A DNA stretch of 22,117 nt, taken from Catajapyx aquilonaris (Eukaryota). A program made the position numbers and the translations under genes. Numbering within the stretch: position 1 is the stretch's first letter; every line of letters starts with the position of its first letter. Below, piece after piece: positions 10,716 to 19,992 of this stretch. The DNA lies in contig KZ538306.1 in assembly GCA_000934665.2 (NCBI GenBank), positions 124,001-146,117 on the forward strand, read 5' to 3'. The notes beneath the pieces are model-generated. The model saw nothing but the letters and a program-made list of their open reading frames with translations, did no database searches and had not been told where the DNA came from.

Positions 10716-11976
10716 CCTTTTTTCGTTACAATCTTTTGGAAAGTATAAAGTTGTAACATTGCAATGTGAAGATAATGTAGCTCAAACAACGTACCTGTGT
10801 TTTGTTGCCATCACACCTGAATCGAATGGAGTTCTATAGTAGCCTTCTTTTGTGACAAGGTACTAATATAGCTTACGTCAATAGAAGGACGACGTAGTTG
10901 ACATTGGAGCTTCACAAACACAGATTCCGGGTATGTCCTGATATACAGGCGACCTGAAATAAACTTTTGTTGCTTTCCGCGCAATGTGTGATAGACACCT
11001 CAAGGAGGCTTTGGTTCGAGTTGAATGATCAACAGATGCAACAAAGCCATTATGTTGTAATCACGTTTATAGCATGGAATAAAGATGATTAATTCTCACA
11101 CGAGAGCAGGATTCGCCAATTACTTAAACTTGAAACACGAGAAGTGCACAAAGTTTAAAAACTTTTACAAACTATCGTCATTATTCATGATCCGGATGAG
11201 AAAATTGCGACACAATACAGAGGGAAGCAATGTTGTGTGACAATGACAATATATTACCGTCAGCTGTACTGCATTGTATTGTATTGTAATAAGCTGTATC
11301 CGCTACATGCCCACGAGCTTCCCCATTTGCCAACATGAGATATTATTTGCATAGTACAATTAAAAACGGTAGATTTTTTATCACTTTCAATGTCAAGCTC
11401 GCAAGACATTTACCTTAAAAAAAATCTCTCTGTTTCTGTACTGAAGGTAACTTACCCATGGAGTAACTACTGGAGTAACTTGTTAACAAACAAGTTACCC
11501 AGCGAATGAGAAGCAACTCTTATCCTTTTCTTCCTCATGCTGTGACCTTCTACATGCGCCTTTCCAGCTCCATATCTGGTGTACTTGGATTCATCAACTT
11601 ATACCCCGGAGCAAGTTGTTCATTATTTGCTCCCCGGTGCAAATATTTGATGAAGCCTTCCCATGAAGGCTATAATTATATAGTCCCATTGAAACTCAGA
11701 GTTGGGTGCATCACGAATTTCATATTATTTCCCCCCCTCTTCTTTCCATGCTTCAACATAATGTTACAGAAAGACTACATGGATTAAATTTACCGGGACA
11801 ATACAACGTCACGTCGTTCCAATTTCCTCACTAAAAGTTTTCGTTTTAAAAACGATTGTGACAGGACATATGAGGTTTTTCAAAAAAATTGCGGTTGCCG
11901 GCCGGATGTGATGCTTTTTCTTTTCTTATGAGTTGTATGGTTCTTCTGGTGTGTCCTTTTGCTTTCTCTTTTTTAT

Positions 11977-13749
11977 TTAGCAGCGGTGTGTGATGAAGGT
12001 GGAGATGGGGAAGCTCTTCCTCATGCCCAGGCACTTCTCCCTGTCGATGAAGAGGCTGTTGGCCTTGACCTGTATGTCGTGCTCCAGGTCGCTTCGGGCC
12101 TTCAGCATCTGCTGGTGGGTGGCCTCTGCCTCCCTCAGCTTCCTCTGCAGCTGGTCTATGGAGCAGTTGATGTCGTACACCTCCTGGACCAGGTTGGTGT
12201 AGGCTGGATCGCGGCACAGCTCCACGCAAGGACGGTGCATCCTGTTCTCAAGGCGTGTCTGGGCCACCTGGACAACAAAAAAACGACACATATGAAGTAT
12301 ATATATATATAAAAAGGACTGAACAAGTTCCAGTGAACTCACCTGGAGCGGGGCCGCCTTGTCCATGATGGCCTTCCTGAGCACCTCCATGTTCTTCTCG
12401 ATGTCGAAGATCTCCAGGTTGAGCTTGTGCAGGTACATCTGCAGGTTGCTCTTGGCCTCCATGGTCTCCCTGACCCTCTGGGCAAGGGCGTCGTTCGTGT
12501 TGGTCCATGCCTGCCAGACGTCGTTGAAGGCAGACCCGATGGAGTGGTCCACGTTGGTCCGGATGTGCATCGAGTTGGCCCTCTCGGTCTGGGACCTCTG
12601 GATGTTGGTGAAGGAGAAGTCGGCCCAGGTGTCAGGGATGCTGATGTTCGGGTCCAGCGTCTCGATCCCGTGTCGGAAAGCGATGCCCTTCGAGTTGTTG
12701 TTCAGCTCCAGGCAGGTCACGTCGATACCAACAGCCACCTCCTTGTTGCTAAGGTCTCTCTCCAGCTCGTGCCTTTACATAGGTTAGAGGGTTAGGATCT
12801 GTATCCACCGAATCTGTCCAGAAGAATATTACCTGGCGGCCCTGAGGAGTCCCAACTGGCACTCGAGGCTGTCCAGCATCCTCCTGAGCTTGTCCTGCCA
12901 GCATCTGATGAGGTCCACCTCCCTCAGCAGTGCCTGTTCAACCTTGTCGTGCACCTTGTCTATCCCCTCTCGGCTCTCCCTCTGGTACAGACACTCCTGG
13001 GCGATGTGCAAAGGTCCGTCCAGCTCCTTGATGGCCCTCTGGAGAGCATCGCGAGTGTCCATCAGCCTGTGGGTCTCGGCCACGTTGCTGTCCAGCTCAT
13101 CCGCCAGGTCGTTCTTCCACTGGACAACGTCGCTGACACGCTCGGACAGACGCCTCGTGGACTCCCTCTGGCTACGGTGGACATCGCAGTCACGCATCAG
13201 GTTCACAGACTCGCCTCTGACCTATGGTGACAATGATTTTAAAAAATTGGTGACAGCAATCTCACGTTATGTTGGCCACCATGAACACTTTGTTAAAATT
13301 GTTTACAAAACAATTAGTTCTAATTGTTGGTGTAATTGTTGCCGGAAGGTCACCTTCTCTGAGATCATCCTGGTGTTCTTGGAGTTGCAGAACTGGTTGA
13401 CGTTGTTCTGCATCCAGTCTGCGGGTGTGTACCGTGTGTACAGGGCGGTTCGGGATGCGTGTGCAGGGTTGATGTTGAACCCTGTGACTAAGTTGGGGAA
13501 CCGGATGGGTCCACAGACGCCACCGTGGGCAGGGTATCCGGCGTCGAACATCTTGGACATCATGGGCAGTCCACATACCGATGAGACGTCGTGGGGCTGA
13601 GGGGTCAAGGTGTGCCGCCATGGGAGTGACCTGAGGGCATTGCTTGTGAATGGCCTCTGTACTGCGGGCATTGGACCCTGTGGCTCCTTGCAAGGGCAGC
13701 TCCAGCTGGCACATGGCCCGTTGGCCACCCGGACGCAGTTGCTTGACAT
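11977..13749 (-). CDS. TEKT3: Tektin (tektin-3/5-like), 4 coding exons
   Basis: Exons 13749-13354, 13221-12833, 12772-12343 and 12267-11977, with GT-AG introns of 132, 60 and 75 bp. Motifs: SLPWR, LYTRYTPADW, ECLYQRESREGIDKVHD, VAQTRLENR, tektin nonapeptide RPCVELCRD, VKANSLFIDREKC. The frame stays open upstream to an acceptor at 13845, so the N-terminus may be longer. Confidence 0.93.
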
Positions 13750-14157
13750 GGCTTGGCTGTGGACACTGGTCAAGCACCAATTTTTTTCACTAGCCCAACT
13801 GCTACTGCGGGTTGGTGATGAGTCGGGATGGTGGTAGTTCCGACCTGAAGAAAGATATGTGGGCAGAGTTTGTTACACTTTTCGAATAAGGCAAGACGAC
13901 CCCCTCCTCGTAACCGGGGAGACCTGAACCACAACAACCTCAACCATTGTTGAATCTTTAGCCAAAAAAATAAAAATAAATCGAGACTGTTTATTCCACC
14001 TGGAAGATGCTGAAATGTGGCCAGCAACTTTGTGGAAAGCTGCTAATTAAAATAATTATCAGCCATATTAATTAATGTCTAATGTAACAAATATTACAAT
14101 GGTATATTAATTTATTTAATTAATTAACGTAATGCATGGAGTAGAAATGGTATTGAC

Positions 14158-14219
14158 ATCACCTAGGCAACAATAACTTTCAACTATGTTTGCAATGAAC
14201 GAACAGGCTGCTGACGTCA
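14158..14219 (-). promoter_or_regulatory. RFX X-box plus CRE upstream of tektin
   Basis: ATCACC-TA-GGCAAC (14158-14171) fits the X-box consensus RYYNYY-N(1-3)-RRNRAC. TGACGTCA at 14212-14219. Both lie ~410-470 bp upstream of the ATG of an axonemal gene. Confidence 0.6.
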
Positions 14220-14550
14220 AACATTTAAATAAAATATTAATATGAAGTCACCATTGTTGTCGTTTAAAAGCAGGTCGCCAGGATATTTTTAATGGTAAGA
14301 TATACAAGGATTTCCTGTAATAAAAAATTACTCATGTCAGTCATGTGGGGCGAAATAAAACGATGTACTGTTCATTTACTTGTTAATTGTTTATTGGCCA
14401 GATCTTTTTATAAAAATTAGGTGTATACACAATAAATTGTGCGAAAATTGAGTTTCACACTTAATAACAATATTTGTTTAACTAATGGCTAATGAGTTAT
14501 GTTTGTTCATACAGTATAGGCTATAGACCAAATATTTTCAGTATAGACTA

Positions 14551-14996
14551 TTAATATGAAAATCCCTCCTCCTCCTCCTCCTCCTCCTTTTTCTTCGGTT
14601 TCTCCTTCTTATTTGAACTCTTCTTTTTGTCCGTTGTGTCACCAGTGGCTGCTGCTGCTGCTCCTCCTGTTTTCTCTTCAGATGAGCTGCTGGTCACTTC
14701 CGTAAAATTGGAGACCCAGAAGGGAAATATAAATTTCGAGCTGGCTCCTCTCCAAAATGCGTGAGGATGCACATATGAGGGACCCATCAGAGGCAGTCCT
14801 GGAGGTCCCCAAGTATCAAGCAGGCCTAAACCATATTGTGGCACGGGATCTGAGTAGGAACATAGAACGTCTGCCGGAAAAAAAAATGGGATTACAGTCA
14901 TAGTCTGGGTGTAAAGCAAAATTATAAGTATTATTATTGTACCGTACCTTGGCTGGCGAACAATCCAAGTAATGAGAAGAATAGGAACGGTAACAT
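14551..14996 (-). CDS. Orphan small secreted protein (122 aa): Gly/Pro/aromatic N-half and Lys-rich then Glu-rich tail
   Basis: Exon 14996-14948 (MLPFLFFSLLGLFASQ, signal-peptide-like), 77-bp phase-1 intron (AG|GTACGG...TTTTCCGGCAG), exon 14870-14551 open to TAA. Confidence 0.7.
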
Positions 14997-15719
14997 TGCA
15001 GAAAACGTTGACAGTTTCTGTGGAGTTGACAGGATTTATGTAATTTTTATGCTTTGTAGTTTTGTTGATAGGATTCTGAACTGATGTACTACTGCGCATT
15101 AGAAAACATATCTTCAGCTTATTCCTACTAATTTAAAATAGCGGAATATATAATGTAGCAATAGTAATATTAACAGAGCCTATTTTTTGACAACTGTGAA
15201 GATACCCTCACATGTACCAAATAATATTCATGTGTACACATTGTTATTTTCAGGCATGAATTCATTGCCTGCCTGTAATAATGAGATTCAAGTACATACC
15301 TTGCAGCTATTCAGACTTCCGAGAATGAAATGGCAAGGGATATCTCCTACCCTTTAGCTTCATGGCCCGATAAAAACATAAAGGAGTTGCCAGGGGAGAT
15401 ATAATTAGGACATACTCATTCAAGCAGAGTAAGATAATAATAATTGTGCAACATCCTTTTGTCAAGAGGATTACTCACTGTAAGTACTTGCTGAAAAATG
15501 AGTTACGTAATATCAGAGCTGTCTCTGATTTAGTAAGTGAACAACTTGTGAATTTTGAAAGCATTTAATTCGATGTACGTACAACACATGTACTCCAGCC
15601 TCCAGCAACCAGCAACATTCATGATTCATAACATATTCATCCTTAGAAAATGCTGATGTCATTAGCATTGTTGATTTTTTTTTTTGACAGCTCACTGAAT
15701 GACCCTCGATTAAGAGATC

Positions 15720-16294
15720 TTAGTCCGTCTCGTCTTCAGTCTTTTTTCGTGGATCTTTCCAATTAGAAGGAGGTGACCACTTAGCAGGTGGTTTCCATGA
15801 CGGAGGAGGCACCCACCGAGAAGGTGGGACCCACTTGGAATTTGGGATCCAGGCAGGACTTGGGACCCACTCTCTATGAGGCATCCAGTCTGTCGGTGGG
15901 GCCCAGTTGGGATGAGGGGTCCAGTTCGGGTATGTTAGGCAACCCGGTGGGTGGCAAGGGATGGGTGGGATTTTACTTCTCCACTCTTCCATCTGTGGAT
16001 CGCTGTCTGAAATAAGCAATAATGTAACTCAATTTGGACCAAAATTGAATGTAAAGTTCGGCTGTGAACTATTGCAATTAATTCTCCAAAAGGATAAGCA
16101 GACAAAAAACTGGTTGAAAATTTGCAAAATATGAATAATTGTTAAATCAAAATAGTATGAAATATTATGTAGATAGCATGTACTGTACCTATGAATGATG
16201 GCGACATGTAATAGAATGCTTCCGAAAGTAGTCCAAAATTCAGGAGGGCTGTTGCACATCCCAAAAGAAGACACCTGAAGGAATAAGTTGGCAT
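15720..16294 (-). CDS. Orphan small secreted protein (130 aa) with 10 tandem xxxWxP hexapeptide repeats
   Basis: Exon 16294-16189 (MPTYSFRCLLLGCATALLNFGLLSEA signal peptide, then FYYMSPSFI), 182-bp phase-1 intron (AG|GTACAG...TATTTCAG), exon 16006-15720. Possible 5'-UTR intron at 16356-16314. Confidence 0.78.
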
Positions 16295-17099
16295 GCTGTC
16301 GGTGCAACCTGATCTGTAAAGCAATAATTCAGCTTAAAAAGGGTGTGACGATTCACCTATAGGACACGGGTACTACAGTAGTAATTTTTCGGCAGGAAAG
16401 TGAAATATGCTAATTATTAATATTGTATTTGATTGTGATCAGCGTATGACTTTCCCGCGGTTGACACTGTGGTATTTTTTAAATAAGATTCATAATGAGC
16501 GTAATTTTCTCCACATATGTGGTACTCCTCATTATGAACTGTAATATTATTGAGTACCGGTAGTAAAAATGTTAGTTTCCATTAAGAATATGCACACTAT
16601 ACCTCAGCTGTGTCGAGCCTCAACGTAGTTTAGGAATGTTATTTTTTATCGCAAAAGGTTGGAAGTAATAATAGTCGCCTGAGATATGCCTAATGACTTG
16701 ATAGTCGGGCTACATATTTGCGCTGACACAATACGTGGGGGCATATTATGATCACTTTTGTCAAGTGGCAATAAAAATAATATGAGCTATGCATAGCCCC
16801 GTGAAACAAGTCTTGCTTCACATAACTGCTGCGTACTATCACACGCAAAAAGAATCTCGCAGGGGGAAATACTGTTATCTTGCAAAAATGCAAGGTCATG
16901 GATCTGCCAACTAATATATAGCCATGTGTCGTGTAATTCCGGGCTCGTGGCCTTGGAAAGCCTTTTTATTTGGCGGCTTCCTCGTTATACTTTGCATAAC
17001 TGGCACAATAAATTTTTTCTGGTGATTTGCTGGACAAAGGCAGACAAACAATTCTTACTCTGTAAGGGAAAGTTTGTTTCTCTGTCCACGGCAACCGGT

Positions 17100-17258
17100 T
17101 GCAATGAAAACAGGCCCTTCGAAGGACTGGCAGTAGTGGGAGGGGGGGGGGGTGCACGTTAAAGATCCCCAGAGTGGCCAAATTTCCAGGAGGAGGACCA
17201 CCCCCTGGCGTCGGTGTTGAGCCTTATAGAGGCAGAAATAGGCCGACGTTAAGCCCCA
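17100..17258 (+). mobile_element. SINE remnant with a Deu/Nin-like core resembling the 3' half of tick Ruka SINEs
   Basis: GGTGCACGTTAAAGATCCCCAG-AGTGGCCAAATTTCC...GGCGTC...GACGTTAAGCCCCA follows the motif order I recall for Ruka-type SINE 3' halves. No tRNA-derived head was found. Confidence 0.55.
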
Positions 17259-17572
17259 CTGAACACAGGTGGGCAAAAATGCCCAAAATATATCCCAGTA
17301 ATAATTATTCCTGGGAAAATGAAAAAAGTGTTGCGAGGTAGAGGATGCCGGCTAATCGGCACGACACAAATGCCATTCTGGGTTTTTTGGTCGGCAAATT
17401 CCCACCACAAAAAAGCACCCCAAAAATATAACGCATTTGGCAGCCACTCCCCGGTCCCTGACCTGGAGTCTTTTCCGGTAGCAACTTATTTTTGGAAGGA
17501 GGGTGGGAGTGAGTGAGGGCCTTTGATAGTGCCGTTGTGTGTGGCTCGCTAGTTGAGAAGAAAAAGTTGAAG

Positions 17573-17797
17573 ATGGACGCCGAAGGACGTCGCACACATT
17601 CTCTGAGGTCAGCTCCACTCGACTCTGCGGATGAACATAGTGAAATAACGCATTATTTAGCGCAAAGTAAGTGTCTCATTCTATGCGTTGTTTACGCTGC
17701 TTACACATTTCCATTTGCAGAAGATTTTCCTACACATCTGTATATAGGAGCTTACGACATTGGACACGAAGGGAGCATACTTGTGGGAAGCCAATAA
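17573..17797 (+). other. Possible spliced small ORF or fragment of an unidentified (perhaps decayed) gene
   Basis: Consensus 54-bp intron at 17667-17720 (GTAAGT...TTTCCATTTGCAG). The spliced frame gives MDAEGRRTHSLRSAPLDSADEHSEITHYLAQKDFPTHLYIGAYDIGHEGSILVGSQ, with AATAAA overlapping the stop. Confidence 0.3.
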
Positions 17798-18412
17798 ACA
17801 AGATTTAAAATATCATGGCTGGGGAAAGACTCAGCCGTCTAATACAGGGGCCTTTGGAACATTGTGTCATACTTTCCCACGCTCACAATAGTTTATGTGG
17901 GCAGACGCTCTTTGCATAGGATTGCCAATCAGCTTCCTATGCGAAATGACACAGGATTAAGAGCTAGCTGTGGTTAGAATTATCGGGACTACAATTTAAA
18001 ATCAGCAGGAGCATGAGCAAAAAAGAAAAAAAGTGTGAGAATATAAGATCCCTATAGCAGCCGCTCTGCCTATAATCTCACTTGTTCCTGGTGAGCAAAA
18101 ATATTAACATATGATCTTTTGTAGTAGCAGGAGAAGAGCAGTTGTAATTGGCTCCAATAAATCAACTCCGATAAAAACGTTTAATTGTTGTTCCATTATT
18201 CTATCCGGCAACATGCCTTCCGGGTGCAAGTCCCCCCGACCGGCCATTGGAACAGCCTAATTTTGCAAGCAAATTTATACACTCGGGATCACATTTCTGG
18301 CATTCACGTCAGGATCTGTACCCTATTACAATATTGGCAGGTGTCTGATAGAGGCCACTTTGAACCACAACATCATCTACTCCAAAGGTAAGAAATATAT
18401 GCCTCTGTTAAC

Positions 18413-18836
18413 CCAGTGATGTGAGCACTTTTTGTGACCACCGTCACTTTTTTGCTATAACTTTGGAAAGTTAGGATATTCATCTTAGAGAACATTTCGT
18501 ATGACTATTTCTGCGTTGAACGACGTTTGGTTGAAATTTTTTGAGCAAATAGCGCAACCAGGAAAATAAATTAGACGACATCGCGTAGTTGGGGCCTGTC
18601 AAAGATCCTGCTTGGCGGCTCTGAGTGGCGTCCCTGGCCGCCAAGGATCCCCCTACCCCCCGAGAGTTGAGCCGACTGATTTTCTTTCCTTTTTTTCTAC
18701 TCGCGCTATTTGCTCAAAAAATATAAATTAAAAGGTATTTATCGTAGAAGGAATCACAATATAATAGTGTCAAAGGTGAACATCCTAAATTTTCTGCCAG
18801 ATATTATTTAAAAATATGACATGGTCACAGCACCGG
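18413..18836. mobile_element. Palindromic MITE-like element (~420 bp)
   Basis: Nested inverted matches: TGTGACCA 18433 with TGGTCACA 18822; TTAGGATATTCATCTT with AAGGTGAACATCCTAA; a 20-bp perfect arm 18536-18555 with 18703-18722; CTTGGCGGC 18611 with GCCGCCAAG 18637. No coding capacity. Confidence 0.75.
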
Positions 18837-19319
18837 AGAGCAGACATTTCGCAAGTCACCATCAGAGGATTCTAATATACAGGAAAACTGTGCTAGGCTC
18901 AACAAATCAACAAGATATCCAGAATATGCAATATTCAAAAACCCGGATTACTCCAGAGAAAATTATTTCAACTATAGTCTCCCGATCAAGGTTACGCGAC
19001 TCCTAGTATTAAAATCTTAGGAACAACTCCCGAAATTTATGGATTAATAATTATAGTTTTGCTTTTTCACCACAAGACAAATGTACTCTTTGTAACATCT
19101 ATCAAGAATTTGACTATTATTTCATGTATTATATGTATGTTTGTTTCTTAAACACACAAAGAACTGCCCTCCTTAAAAACTTTTTGCAAGTCCCACCAAA
19201 TCAGATTTTTTCACTATTTGTAGATATTCCGGAATACCGTTTGTACCAATTATTATACAGTTATTTTTTGTGCAATAGTCTCCAAGCTCACATTTTGTGA
19301 TATCACATTGGAATGTAAT

Positions 19320-19371
19320 ATGTGCGAACCTCCCGCCCATTCGGCTTATGCCTCAGGGCGGTGGAAATAAA

Positions 19372-19418
<47 letters not shown>
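19320..19418 (+). mobile_element. Probable 3' end of a non-LTR retroelement with an (ATT)n tail
   Basis: GC-rich short stem (CCGCCC...GGGCGG), then AATAAA, then ~15 ATT units (19373-19418) that abut the broken end of the ACAD9 fragment. Confidence 0.5.
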
Positions 19419-19419
<1 letters not shown>

Positions 19420-19735
19420 TGCAGGCATACTGTATATCATCACAGCAATGTCCGATGGCCGCCGTAGCACCATATGGCACTCGGCAACTTCGGCTCCATG
19501 ATACGCAAGCACCTGCTCCACGCCGAACTCCAGTCGTGCCACGCAGTACTCCAGCATCTTCCCGTATTTCTGCAAGTACACACATCGTAATACCCGATCA
19601 TTTCAACCAGCATTGTCTTACCTTCAGGGACGGATGGACAAACCCATCCAAGCCCATGTCCACCTTAGGGTTGTCCGAATGGTGCCATATTCACTGCACT
19701 GTGTCCCGCATCTTTTTAACGTCATCCTGCAGTTC
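19417..19735 (-). pseudogene. ACAD9: Two-exon fragment of acyl-CoA dehydrogenase 9 / enigma (C-terminal region), disabled
   Basis: Exon 19735-19622 (ELQDDVKKMRDTVQ*IWHHSDNPKVDMGLDGFVHPSLK), 52-bp GT-AG intron, exon 19569-19417 (KYGKMLEYCVARLEFGVEQVLAYHGAEVAECHMVLRRPSDIAVMIYSMPAV). This resembles the ACAD9 VHPSL...LKRVANI...YGMTAVLSRAS segment. In-frame TGA at 19693-19691, truncated at the microsatellite, and no catalytic exons before the neighbouring gene. Confidence 0.75.
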
Positions 19736-19992
19736 CTAAGCCAAAATACTATATCCATTTGCATTTCATAATAAAGGTTATACAGTCATAAACCCTGCTG
19801 GTACAATAGTTTTATTTAAATTTGTGATTTTGTACAAGTACAGTATAGGCAAACTCTTAAGTCATATTGCCAAGGGTTCCAAAATTCCACATGGAAGATT
19901 TTTCATGTGGGACGGGAAAAGACATGAATAATATTGGAGAACCTACAATCTGTCGTAATAATTTATTAATCATTTTCTAACTGGCATTTCTT

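Noticed and set aside
12359..13837. Long + strand ORFs opposite tektin (for example 12890-13600, 236 aa)
   Set aside because: Antisense shadows of GC3-rich coding exons; Ser/Leu-rich with no domain.
14997..15099. N-terminal part of the 182-aa ORF 14551-15099
   Set aside because: That frame needs the 77-bp intron to be retained. The spliced alternative-frame signal-peptide exon fits better.
19303..19416. Poly-Ile or poly-Asn protein tails
   Set aside because: Translations of the (ATT)n microsatellite.
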